A model generated the notes under the pieces. The model was given only the letters and a program-made list of their open reading frames with translations. It did no database searches and had not been told where the DNA came from. DNA of 64,000 bases, from positions 114,585,986 to 114,649,985 of the forward strand of contig NC_068984.1 of assembly GCF_001194135.2 (NCBI RefSeq), in the 5' to 3' direction. The DNA is from Octopus bimaculoides. Lineage: Eukaryota. Shown piece after piece: positions 39,921 to 53,324 of the stretch (within the stretch, counting starts at the first letter, position 1; each line of letters starts with the position of its first letter). The position numbers and the translations under genes are program-made.

Positions 39921-40608
39921 GGGGCGAGAGAGTTGTGGTGTAACAATCAAGTTCAGCCAATAAAGTGGTAATTATAAAACTAATATCACATTTTGTTAAT
40001 TAACAGTAGTGGAGAGCTCAACAAAACAGCATTTACTATAATGTTTATCACACAATAAAGAGCTAATAACAATGCAAAACATGTCCAAAGCTCTCCATGT
40101 TCTATGTAATAGTCTGTAGTGCTTAAGCCACAATAGAAAGTGTTTGCGAATGTCTTATTTTGTATTATGTTTAAACCCACTCTTTACATGTTGGCATGGG
40201 CTAGATGAAACTTCTTGAGGCAGTATTCTATAGTTAAATGCCATTGTCAGTTCTTACTAGTTTCTAAGTTAAATACCTTATTCCACTTGTCATAGTACCC
40301 CTGGGCTGCCAGACATGTTGTTTATGCAGGACACAAACAAAATGTTAAGTGTTAATGAAAAAACAGAGAGAGACAAACATACACACATGCATGCAGGTGC
40401 ACATATACACAAGCACACTCAAATGACAGGCTTTCATACAGTTTCTGTCTACCAAATTTCACTCACAAAGCATTAGTTAGTCCAAGGCTAAACTAGAAGT
40501 TACTTGTCCAAAATGTCATGCTGTGAGAGTGATCCTGAAACCAAAAGTTGTGAAGCAAACTTTTTAACAATACACCTATGCCTGCAACTGTTTATATATG
40601 TATATATG

Positions 40609-40654
<46 letters not shown>

Positions 40655-43600
40655 ATACTTATAGCAATTCATGTACATGCTTGTTGAGATGACTCATTCT
40701 CATCATCTTTGTTTAATGTCTGCCTTCCATGCTAGCATGGGTTGGATGGTTTAACCAGCCAGGTAGAAGACTACACCAGGATACTGTACCTGTTTTGGCA
40801 TGGTTTTTACAGCTGGATGCCCTTCCTAACACCAACCACCTAGTAGAGTGGACTGAGTACTTTTTGTATGGCACCAGCAGAGGTATGGTCAGTTTTGGCA
40901 TGGTTTTTATGGCTGGATGCCCTTCCTAACACCAACCACTTCACACTGTGGACTGGATGCTTTTTATGTGGCACCAGCACCACCAGGGTCACCGAGTAAC
41001 TTACAAGACAAGGAATTTCAAGAGAGGAGGGGGCATTGGAGGAGGTGATCTTGAGTCAGATGATGAAAGATTAGAGTGTGACAGAGAGGCTTGTTTATGT
41101 GTGCATATATTACACATATAAAAATATATATACATGCTTGTTTGAGATGACTATATATATATATATATATATATAATTGCTTTTGTATCTGCTTTTTCTT
41201 CTAAAGGTTTGACTTGAGGCTGATTTCGAAAATAAGGTGCCCATTGTGTCATCAACTCTTATTTGTTGCCTATCACCTATCTTCCCCCCACACCTTTTTT
41301 GCAACTGGACATGATTCTATAACAGGTGTAAACAGTGACACAATCTACATTGTGTCGCTGTTTTTATGCCTTACATGCATAATATCACAACACAGATGGG
41401 GACAATCAGATATACATATACAGACGCATGTGTCAGGTTGCTGTACAGTTTCTGTCCACCATTAAGGCATTTGTAAATCCAAAGCTATACCAGAAGTCAC
41501 TTGCCTATGGTGCCATGCAGTGGGAACAAACCAGGAACCATAAAGCAAACTTCGTCCACAGAGTCATATATTATCATCATCATCATTGTTTTAACATCCA
41601 CTTTTCTATGTTTGCATGGGTCAGGTGGAGTTTACTAATGGCTGGATACCTTTCCTGTCACCAATGCTCACCTGTTTCCAAGCAAGATAATATTTCTCCA
41701 TGGCCAGACATGTTTCCACAAAATATAGGAAATGAATCACACTGATTGTTTGACAGTGACACTCATTTACAACAACCACACGATGTCAGGACAAGGAAGA
41801 CAAACATACATACACTCACACATATATATATATAGATACATACCCTGGTGGCTCATTAGAAGTATTAGATAATTTCTGCTACCTAGAAGACCAAATTAGT
41901 AGCTATTAGTGGCTATAAAGCTAGTTAGCAGAGGGGTGAAGGAAAAGTCCATCTACACTCTTTTAAAATATTGTAATTAACTTATAAATTGGAACATTCT
42001 AAAGAAAAGTCTATAGCTGGTCAATAGTCATAAGACTTGTCCTGATTGAAAAAAGAAATTTGCTGCTTCACTCACAACCATGGTATTAGCTGCAAGCAAT
42101 AATATATATATGGTGTAAAACTTACAAGTGATGTTTACAATGACTGAGAAAATTTTGTTTCGCAATAGATTAAATGAAGTTCAAATATAGAAACTTGTTG
42201 TCAGTATGTCATAAAAAGTAGGAAATAAATATTATTCAAACAATAACTTACTAATTTTATCAGCTGATATTTTTTCTGGTTAATTAAAAGTAATGAAAAA
42301 TGTTAACAAACAAACTAAGTATACCTTGAAGTTAACTGACATGTTTAAAAAAAAAAAAAGAAAATCAATGTAAGTCAACAATGGATGCCATTAAAAAAAC
42401 AGCATATCTTATAACTAAAATTCATTATGACTTTACTATTTAAATATTTTTGGAGTGTTCTGACTCACTTCCCTCGTGAGTCTCATTTCTTAGATCAGGC
42501 TAAAGTCTGCATCACCCCATATTTTCTCAACTGATCTACTATGTTCAGTACTCCCTCCTACACTTGGCTTTTAACAAGTGGTGAGAATGTCCTTTGTCAA
42601 AATAAACAGAACTTCTAAACAGGTTTCAGGGGTTGTATCGTTATTGTCGTAGAATTTTTCTACAGAATTGAACAAAATGTATTGTGGTATTTAATGTGGG
42701 CCTTAGTGAATTTTCCTTTCATTTTTCATTCCAGAAGCCATAACTTAAGACCATTTAGCTAACTGGATCAATTATATCAGCTAAACTTTCTCATCAAAAT
42801 GTGGGCCTTACTCTCTATATGAAAGGCATATAGAGTTTTAGAGGAGGCAAAACAGTAAAGATGAGAAGTGAGAAGTGGGTTGGAGTAGTACTAGCTCAGA
42901 GGAACAAGGACTATTGTAGTAGTGTTAGCAAACAGGAAGATACAGTACGTGTAGAACGTAGTACAGGTAGTGCATTTAGGAGTCATAGGTTAACTATTAA
43001 TCAGATTTTCTTTGATTGCAATTGAAAATGTATGACTGTAGCAGCTGTGAAGTCCCAGGCATGTAAACATTACTTTAATGTAGTATCAACATTTGCGCTT
43101 TGTAATGAGCTAGTACCTGTTCAGCAATTCTGTATTGCTCGACTCTGGATATCAAATCCAGCCTTGTATACTATTGTTGTAACAGCTTATAGACAGAGGA
43201 GGAAAGGCAATACCCATGAGCTTTTGTAGAGTCACCAGAATTAATGTAGGGGAAAGGAAGGAAGGAATAAACAATGACTTATGGTCTATTCTCAGAACAG
43301 AGACCTAGTCTAAACATTTGCTACGGAATGCATTCTGCTGAAAAGGCCACAAGGCTCATGTGGTGGCAATAGATTTAATCTACCACCCATTAATGTCTAG
43401 GCCAAGTTGTAGATGTGCAGTTTCGATTAATGATCAATAGACACTGTACAGCTTAGCATTTGAAGTGAGTTTGAAGATTTGCAGATCATCACTTCTGGAA
43501 TCTTTGATGTTCTTCAAAATCATATACATTTTAAGGAGAAAATATCCAACAACCCTCAAATACTTTACAAAATGTTAATAGCTTAAACTTTGTTTGATAT

Positions 43601-45071
43601 TATTTTACATGAGTTTAATACTCTTGATACCAACCGTCCTGAAACTGCTCCTGGTTCTATGACACAAACTCCTTGTTTTAATGTGATCCTAAAACCTACC
43701 ATCAAAATTTCTTGCTAATTTATGTTCCAAACATCAGCTTAATAATGATAAAGTTACATTTAATAAATTGTTGTTTATTTTTTAAAATTTATTGAAACAA
43801 AAGCTGTGTATTTCAACAGAAATATAGTAACAAAATGATTAACAAAATATATAAGTATAGTTAAGTCATTAGCATAGTGAACTTGATATTTCTGGCCCAA
43901 AGAGGGAATTCACTTATTTTTAGTTTGATAGAAGTCATTTAGTTCCAGGTTAGCCTTGATAAAGTAGCCCAATAATCAAATGTGTTCCTGTTATGACCAT
44001 CCTTGCTTTTATTCTGACACTGTAATCTAAGGCTACATTTATTCAATGTGGGATGTGATTTGAGGAAGATTTGTTTGCTATTTCAAGCATATCGAGTGAC
44101 CAAACAGGAGTTCAACAAGCTTCAATAGTAATAGGGTATCAATAATCCAGTATGTTTATACTAAACTGCTTAATTAATTACTTGTTTATCTAATGTATAA
44201 GTAATATTAGCCTCTTAACCATTTCCATTAGGTGGTCATTAATGTTAGCCAAGATTATCATTCTTGCTTTTAATAAGTTGCCAACAGGAACACATGGGAT
44301 TAATAAGATAGAGTAGTACAACAATATATTGTAGTCGTGATCTAACAGTAAACTCCTAGAAAGGAATCTAATAATATTTCAGTCAAATATCTTGATCAAA
44401 GTAAATTATTGATGTTTATTTAATTAATCTCAATGGAACAAATATCTAAGTGGACAGCAATAGAATAGAAATGAAAAAGGTGGGAAGTACTTAAGCTTCG
44501 TGTGTTTCTACAAATTTGGCTCAATGTCTTTTTATGATATTTTTGCCTGAAGAAGAACTGTAGTAGCCAGAGTCTTACCAGCCACTCTACAAATGGAAGA
44601 TGAAGACAGCTGAAATTAACAGAGCTAATGTTCACTTTGAACTTTTGAAGGACAGTACTGAAGAGAAAATATCCACAGATACTGGGAAAGGAAAAAGAGA
44701 AACTTCCTCCAATTATTGCTAATTTGAGAGAGAGACAGACAGACAGAGAGGGAGTGTGTGTGTGTTTTCATTATAATCATGAATTTTGGATTAGTTTTGT
44801 GAGAAGAGAAAGACAGCAAATAGCCCGATTGGAAATCAGTAGCTTCAGGTGAACTTTTTATACAATCTTGTACCTGCTGGAGAGACACTTGTCACAAACA
44901 GGAAATAGGATTATGTGGACGTAGGCACAGGCATGGTTAGTTCACTACCCAACCTCATGGTTCCAAGTTCAATCCCACTGCACAGCACCTTGGGCATGCA
45001 TCTGTTATAGCTCCAGGCCAACCAAAGCCTTGTGAGCAGATCTGGTTAACAGAAACTGAAAGAAGCCTGTT

Positions 45072-45133
<62 letters not shown>

Positions 45134-45719
45134 GTTTTTTTGACTTGACGTTGCATGACAGTTATAAATGAATGTCACTATTACGCAGCAAGCATTGCCT
45201 TGCGTTCCAAATATTGCGTAAAAAACATGTCGGGTTATGGGGAAATATTTACCTTACTTGGAAACAAGCGAGAGTTGGTGACAGGAAAGGCATCTGGCCA
45301 CAGAAAATCTGCCTCAACGAAATTCCATGCAAGCATGGAAAGGTGAACATAAAAACAATGATGGTAATGAGGATAAAGATATCAGAGGCCTTAGTTTAAT
45401 GTTCAAGCCTCTGGAGTCTTCCCTCTGCTAGTAAAGCTCCACTAAGAAACCCTTTTCACCATTATCCTCTGATGATCATGGGTATAACTGGAGGAACAGC
45501 CAAAGTGAAATGCAACATCAGAGATATATTTTCCTCAGAAAAGGTGCCTGGACCAAGTACTGGCAAAAGATGAATTCTGCAGGGTATCCAAGGGCGAGAA
45601 TGTTTTTTTTTAATGCATTTTTCTTTTAATGCATTGTTGAATAAAATCAGTTCAGGTTATTTAGGTACCAGCACTAGATGAGTGCTCAACTATCATTTAT
45701 ATTGCCCAGTTATTTACAC

Positions 45720-46001
45720 CAAGGGTTTTCAAACTGTGGTCTGCGGACCACAGGGGGTCTGCAAGGACAAGACAGGGGGTCCGTGGACAGCAAATACTTT
45801 TTATGGGCAATTTGATTTTATATATGTTTTTTAATCGAAATCTTTTAATTGACAATAAACCTATTTGTTAAATACTGTTAAATAAATAAATGTAAAAATG
45901 TTATTTTAAAGCAAATATTTATGTATAAATTTCATAAGCGTTTATAAGGTAAAGCCTGAAATATAAAGGGGTCCGCAAGTCAAAAAGTTTGAAAACCCCT
46001 G
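45720..46001. mobile_element. hAT MITE with perfect 8-bp TSD
   Basis: TIRs caagggttttcaaac…gtttgaaaacccctg; TSD atttacac at 45712-45719 and 46002-46009. Confidence 0.92.
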
Positions 46002-46404
46002 ATTTACACTACACTAACTACAATGCATCAAGTGGCATGATCTGCAGTTTTATGTTACTTGTTGCATAAATAACCTCATTTAATTTTACTCAAAAACACA
46101 ATAGAGATATAAATTATAAATACATGTGCAGTATTTCAGTTTTACTAAATGGCTTGTTAATGTAATGAGATTAAACAGCAGGAAAGAGCCTTTCGAAAAC
46201 GTGTGTGTGTGTTAAAATGTTTAAAATATGTAGGTTGATGGGAGATGATTTCAATAACATGGACCGTCAGTAATGCACCACCACATTTATCTATCACCAA
46301 CCAGCTCTGTCTTTTTTCTCCATCTGATACATTATGATGGTACAGGATGAGAAACCAATTCATGAAGAGCAGAAGCAATAAGAAATTTCTATCATAAAAG
46401 AAAG

Positions 46405-46412
46405 TGATAATG

Positions 46413-46464
<52 letters not shown>
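46405..46464. repeat. (AAT)n microsatellite
   Basis: Direct reading. Confidence 0.95.
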
Positions 46465-46470
<6 letters not shown>

Positions 46471-47565
46471 GCTTCAATAGACGTTTGCTATAATGATCCA
46501 GTTAGTTAAGTAGGAAAAATGGGAGATAAAGAAAAGAGAAAGAGAAGGGAAAGAAGAGGAATTTAGGCATTTATTAAAATGGTTTAAATGAAAATAGAAT
46601 TTTTACATTACCACCAACCAAACAAATTCCAGCGAGGTTTTCAGTTTATGGGGGGAGGGTGTATTTTTTTTCTTTATATTTTCAACTGTTTTAAAAAAAA
46701 AACACAATGAAGTGTTCCAGTTTTTGAACTCTCATGACAAAAACAAATATTATTTAAAATGCCTCAGTCGATGAGATTTAAAACCTTCGCTCAACGGACT
46801 TGATAATGATTAATTTATTAATTTTCTCATTAGAATTATTTTTTTAAATAAANNNNNNNNNNNNNNNNNNNNNNNNNNNNNNNNNNNNNNNNNNNNNNNN
46901 NNNNNNNNNNNNNNNNNNNNNNNNNNNNNNNNNNNNNNNNNNNNNNNNNNNNNNNNNNNNNNNNNNNNNNNNNNNNNNNNNNNNNNNNNNNNNNNNNNNN
47001 NNNNNNNNNNNNNNNNNNNNNNNNNNNNNNNNNNNNNNNNNNNNNNNNNNNNNNNNNNNNNNNNNNNNNNNNNNNNNNNNNNNNNNNNNNNNNNNNNNNN
47101 NNNNNNNNNNNNNNNNNNNNNNNNNNNNNNNNNNNNNNNNNNNNNNNNNNNNNNNNNNNNNNNNNNNNNNNNNNNNNNNNNNNNNNNNNNNNNNNNNNNN
47201 NNNNNNNNNNNNNNNNNNNNNNNNNNNNNNNNNNNNNNNNNNNNNNNNNNNNNNNNNNNNNNNNNNNNNNNNNNNNNNNNNNNNNNNNNNNNNNNNNNNN
47301 NNNNNNNNNNNNNNNNNNNNNNNNNNNNNNNNNNNNNNNNNNNNNNNNNNNNNNNNNNNNNNNNNNNNNNNNNNNNNNNNNNNNNNNNNNNNNNNNNNNN
47401 NNNNNNNNNNNNNNNNNNNNNNNNNNNNNNNNNNNNNNNNNNNNNNNNNNNNNNNNNNNNNNNNNNNNNNNNNNNNNNNNNNNNNNNNNNNNNNNNNNNN
47501 NNNNNNNNNNNNNNNNNNNNNNNNNNNNNNNNNNNNNNNNNNNNNNNNNNNNNNNNNNNNNNNNG

Positions 47566-48597
47566 GCACTTTTTCGATACAGTAAGGAGGAATGAAAGGT
47601 AAAGTCAACCCCAGCGGGATTTGAACTCAGAACGTTTAATACTCAGAGGAAATGCTGCAAAACATTTTGTGCAACACGCTAACGTTTCTGCTACCTCACC
47701 GCCTTAATATTATTTCTTCCTGGTTTTTGGCACAAGGACGGCAATTTTGAGTGGAGAGGGGGGGTCTAGTGGATATCAACGACTCTAGTACTTGACTGGT
47801 ACTTTATTTTATCGACCCTGAAAGAATGAAACACAGAATTGATCTCGGCGGGATTTGAACTCAGAACTGAAAGACGGTAAAAAAATACCGCAATGCATAT
47901 TGTCCGACGCTCTGACGACTCTACTAGCTCGCCGCCGTAACTATAAGAAATTTAAGCACAAGGGCTTGCAACTGGGAATAGTCATTAAATCAACCAGCGG
48001 TACTTCATGGGTAGCTTTATTTTGTCGACCCAATAAAGATAAAAAGCAAAGATAACTTCGAAGTGATTTGAACTCAGAACAAATCCCACAAGACTTTTTT
48101 CCCAATGCTCTAACGATTCTACCAATCCACTACCCTCGAACAACAACAACAATAATAATGGTTTCAAATTTTGGCACAAGGCCAGCAAGTTCGGGGGTGA
48201 GGAATAAGTCGATTACACCGACCTCAGTGGTTCAACTGGTACTTATTTTATCGACCCCCGTAAAGATGAAAGTCAAAGTCAACCTCGGTGGAATTTGAAC
48301 TCAGAACGTGAAGATGGACGAAATGGTGCTAAGGCGTACTAAGGATTCTGCCAGCTAACCTTTCTGCTATTTATTTGTACAAGATCCGAAATCTTTGTGG
48401 GAGGAGACTTGTCGATTACGTCGGCCCAGTGCTTAACTGGTGCTTATTTTATCAACCACAAAGAATGAAAGGTAAAGTCAACCTCGGCGGAATTAATGAT
48501 TCCAAATTTTAGCCAGCATTTTTTTTTTTTAAGGGAGTAGGTTGAGTCGATTACATCAGCTCCAGTGCACAACTGGTACTTATTTTATCTACCTCGA
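47566..48597 (-). mobile_element. Cluster of six co-oriented Nin/Deu-like SINE fragments
   Basis: Repeats of ggcacaagg…gtcgattac…actggtacttattttatcgaccc…gaaaggtaaagtcaacc…atttgaactcagaac start near 47566, 47724, 47955, 48160, 48375 and 48497. Confidence 0.85.
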
Positions 48598-49242
48598 GAC
48601 AAGTAATCCATAGGACATGCTGCAGTTTGTTTGTCGTTAAGCCACTGACAAAACATTATCAGGGTGAGTTTTGTTTGCCAGAAAAATTTTGCAGAAACGA
48701 CTTCGAAAGAAAAACAAACAACGGTGTGAAAAAAAAAAAAAGTAGAGATTTCATCAAAGATATGACAAAAATTTAGATCAAAAACTTTTTTTTTTTTTTA
48801 GAAATATAATATTTCTAAATCTCTAAAAATGAAATAATACATTTCTAAATCTCCCAGAGCTTTCTTCTATGAAACTAAGAAATGAAAAAAAAACAAACAC
48901 AAAAGCGATTTGATAAACGTTTATGGTTGTCTAATAACTTTAGATTTCATAAAAGAAAACAATAACCAAAAAACACCATAAAACTATGACTTCTTTATAT
49001 TGGGCAAATATGATAATCCAAGTAGACACCGCGTGAGCAAGTGATTGATACATATTGTGTAGAAATATGTACATGTGTGTGTGCGTGTGTTAATATATAC
49101 AAACACGAACATGAGATGCATGCATGTATGTATGTATGTATAGAGACAGACAAACATTGCGAAATAGACACTTCTTGAGAGATTAATATTCACAGTAGAT
49201 ACATGTGGGTATAGATGTGTGTGGGGGAGGTGTATGGCTATA

Positions 49243-49293
<51 letters not shown>

Positions 49294-49522
49294 NNNNNNN
49301 NNNNNNNNNNNNNNNNNNNNNNNNNNNNNNNNNNNNNNNNNNNNNNNNNNNNNNNNNNNNNNNNNNNNNNNNNNNNNNNNNNNNNNNNNNNNNNNNNNNN
49401 NNNNNNNNNNNNNNNNNNNNNNNNNNNNNNNNNNNNNNNNNNNNNNNNNNNNNNNNNNNNNNNNNNNNNNNNNNNNNNNNNNNNNNNNNNNNNNNNNNNN
49501 NNNNNNNNNNNNNNNNNNNNNN

Positions 49523-49561
<39 letters not shown>

Positions 49562-51360
49562 GTATATATATATATATGAAGGAGAGAGACGAGTGTGTAT
49601 CCATGCATATTGCTAAACATGTAAAATGAGAAAGAAACATTCATTCACATGTTTACATGCCAAGATAAATAACTATTGGAGACTAGAAGTTGTTTATACA
49701 ATACAGACAATGCATACATAGGTATATGCACATATCTATGCACACACGCACCGAATCACATAGCGATGCACCGACACCAGAAGATGCATATCACACACAC
49801 CTAGTACAGTGTGTGAGAGAGAGAGAGATCGTGCACACAATAATTTCCGTATGGTATTCTTAATAATACAACAATGCATGAGGCGAGCAGGCTGGTTGAT
49901 TGGCTGGCTGGCTGCAACATGTCAATCGTACGGGAAAAGTACAGTGTTGTGTGATGCATACGAGACAGATATGAATGGGAGTCGGAGACGAGATGGCAAC
50001 AATCATGTGTGTCCATTGTTAGAGCGTAAACTATGAAGAGCAAAAAAACGGAAATCTTCACCCAACGTCCATTTTTTTTTGTTTTGATTTGTTTACAAGA
50101 GTAACATACATTTCCTCGCCACAATTTAACTGGAACAGATCTTAAACATGTCGACGTGCAGCAGCCCTAACCAGCAATTATAATACTAAAGCAATATATA
50201 TATACTACTTTAATACTATACAATTCTAAGCTGCAAAGGAACTCACTAAGAAAAATACGAGAAAGAACCTTATAAAAATAAAGATGAGATAAAGAAAATC
50301 TACAGTACATATCTTTCTCAAGCTAACGTTTTTCTTTTTTTTTATATATATAAAAGGTTATTCCCAATATATATGTATGTGTGTGTGTGTGTGTATGTAC
50401 ACATATCTACACACACACACAACAACAAACTATAAATAAACTAACAAAATCAGGCGACCAACTTGTAGTAAGGTGCTTGTTATAATTATAGGCATACGTA
50501 TGTGTGTGTGTGTGTGTATGTATATATATANNNNNNNNNNNNNNNNNNNNNNNNNNNNNNNNNNNNNNNNNNNNNNNNNNNNNNNNNNNNNNNNNNNNNN
50601 NNNNNNNNNNNNNNNNNNNNNNNNNNNNNNNNNNNNNNNNNNNNNNNNNNNNNNNNNNNNNNNNNNNNNNNNNNNNNNNNNNNNNNNNNNNNNNNNNNNN
50701 NNNNNNNNNNNNNNNNNNNNNNNNNNNNNNNNNNNNNNNNNNNNNNNNNNNNNNNNNNNNNNNNNNNNNNNNNNNNNNNNNNNNNNNNNNNNNNNNNNNN
50801 NNNNNNNNNNNNNNNNNNNNNNNNNNNNNNNNNNNNNNNNNNNNNNNNNNNNNNNNNNNNNNNNNNNNNNNNNNNNNNNNNNNNNNNNNNNNNNNNNNNN
50901 NNNNNNNNNNNNNNNNNNNNNNNNNNNNNNNNNNNNNNNNNNNNNNNNNNNNNNNNNNNNNNNNNNNNNNNNNNNNNNNNNNNNNNNNNNNNNNNNNNNN
51001 NNNNNNNNNNNNNNNNNNNNNNNNNNNNNNNNNNNNNNNNNNNNNNNNNNNNNNNNNNNNNNNNNNNNNNNNNNNNNNNNNNNNNNNNNNNNNNNNNNNN
51101 NNNNNNNNNNNNNNNNNNNNNNNNNNNNNNNNNNNNNNNNNNNNNNNNNNNNNNNNNNNNNNNNNNNNNNNNNNNNNNNNNNNNNNNNNNNNNNNNNNNN
51201 NNNNNNNNNNNNNNNNNNNNNNNNNNNNNNNNNNNNNNNNNNNNNNNNNNNNNNNNNNNNNNNNNNNNNNNNNNNNNNNNNNNNNNNNNNNNNNNNNNNN
51301 NNNNNNNNNNNNNNNNNNNNNNNNNNNNNNNNNNNNNNNNNNNNNNNNNNNNNNNNNNNN

Positions 51361-51405
<45 letters not shown>

Positions 51406-51815
51406 TTGTGGGATATATATATATTTGCGTATGTATTAATCAGTGATCTTAAGGAGTTGCACAGCGAGCAAAGATATGCACTACATTCGACATAAATATA
51501 TCAAAAACAACTGGACCTTGCATAAGATACATCCCCCCCCTCTCAATGACCTAATTTCTAATTACACCATTTCACTTCTCATATTATAATTAATCTGATT
51601 AATTATTATCATCATTATTTAGCATATTAGTTAATTATTACGATTTGGTAGCGTTCTTTCCAGCGATATCGTTTGCTTAATTTTGTTTACTTTCCGAGAA
51701 TAAATTCAGTGGTAACTGTTAAAGACGATCAGGTTTTCACAATGAATCATATTAATGCTACTACAGTTTATTTCAAACTTTCGACGATGGGGAATGAATA
51801 TACAAATCAGGACGA

Positions 51816-51861
<46 letters not shown>

Positions 51862-52798
51862 NNNNNNNNNNNNNNNNNNNNNNNNNNNNNNNNNNNNNNN
51901 NNNNNNNNNNNNNNNNNNNNNNNNNNNNNNNNNNNNNNNNNNNNNNNNNNNNNNNNNNNNNNNNNNNNNNNNNNNNNNNNNNNNNNNNNNNNNNNNNNNN
52001 NNNNNNNNNNNNNNNNNNNNNNNNNNNNNNNNNNNNNNNNNNNNNNNNNNNNNNNNNNNNNNNNNNNNNNNNNNNNNNNNNNNNNNNNNNNNNNNNNNNN
52101 NNNNNNNNNNNNNNNNNNNNNNNNNNNNNNNNNNNNNNNNNNNNNNNNNNNNNNNNNNNNNNNNNNNNNNNNNNNNNNNNNNNNNNNNNNNNNNNNNNNN
52201 NNNNNNNNNNNNNNNNNNNNNNNNNNNNNNNNNNNNNNNNNNNNNNNNNNNNNNNNNNNNNNNNNNNNNNNNNNNNNNNNNNNNNNNNNNNNNNNNNNNN
52301 NNNNNNNNNNNNNNNNNNNNNNNNNNNNNNNNNNNNNNNNNNNNNNNNNNNNNNNNNNNNNNNNNNNNNNNNNNNNNNNNNNNNNNNNNNNNNNNNNNNN
52401 NNNNNNNNNNNNNNNNNNNNNNNNNNNNNNNNNNNNNNNNNNNNNNNNNNNNNNNNNNNNNNNNNNNNNNNNNNNNNNNNNNNNNNNNNNNNNNNNNNNN
52501 NNNNNNNNNNNNNNNNNNNNNNNNNNNNNNNNNNNNNNNNNNNNNNNNNNNNNNNNNNNNNNNNNNNNNNNNNNNNNNNNNNNNNNNNNNNNNNNNNNNN
52601 NNNNNNNNNNNNNNNNNNNNNNNNNNNNNNNNNNNNNNNNNNNNNNNNNNNNNNNNNNNNNNNNNNNNNNNNNNNNNNNNNNNNNNNNNNNNNNNNNNNN
52701 NNNNNNNNNNNNNNNNNNNNNNNNNNNNNNNNNNNNNNNNNNNNNNNNNNNNNNNNNNNNNNNNNNNNNNNNNNNNNNNNNNNNNNNNNNNNNNNNNN

Positions 52799-52838
<40 letters not shown>

Positions 52839-53066
52839 AGAACTCTACACTTTCCGTCAAAAAAATATGTAACATATACATGCTTATGCGTGCGCATGTG
52901 AGGAGGGGGGATAGTTTGTATATATACAAGAATATATTAGAAATATACACAAATTATATACACATTAGCACATCTGTACACATAAAAGACGTGTTGAAAT
53001 ATACAAATACATACATATCGATACAAACACATGTAAGCATAAGCATATACATATATTACACAGCTG

Positions 53067-53108
<42 letters not shown>

Positions 53109-53114
53109 TCAAAA

Positions 53115-53200
53115 TTTCGGCTGATATACCCTCCAGCCTTCATCAGGCTGAAGGGTATATCAGCCCATACGTTGTGTTAACAACAAACAAGATTTGAACA
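53115..53200 (-). ncRNA. Fold-back containing a hammerhead core (Penelope-type inverted remnant)
   Basis: 21-bp stem with one mismatch (53119-53165). Minus strand reads CUGAUGA-A-GGCUG(GAGGGUAUAU)CAGCC-GAAA; stems I and III are incomplete. Confidence 0.5.
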
Positions 53201-53265
53201 AATATCAGTCAAATGTAAATATATGTATATATATATATCATTATACATATCTATACACCTATGAA

Positions 53266-53311
<46 letters not shown>

Positions 53312-53324
53312 AACACACATATAT

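Larger units (their letters stand above)
46700..53250. promoter_or_regulatory. CpG-retaining (probably unmethylated) zone, candidate divergent promoter or intergenic region
   Basis: CpG is visibly common in unique sequence and old SINEs here, and scarce outside young repeats in both flanks. Qualitative only; about 3 kb of the zone is N. Confidence 0.4.

Noticed and set aside
44500-44900. Protein-like purine-rich stretch (…VLKRKYPQILGKEKEKLPPIIANL…)
   Set aside because: Broken by stops in all frames and no recognisable family motif.
47566-48597. CRISPR-like look of regularly recurring motifs
   Set aside because: Units are 100-210 nt degenerate SINE fragments in a eukaryotic genome; no constant short repeat with unique spacers, no cas genes.
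46844-53197. Long ORFs of 133-480 aa in the ORF track
   Set aside because: They consist of X (N gaps) and (TA)n/(TG)n translations.
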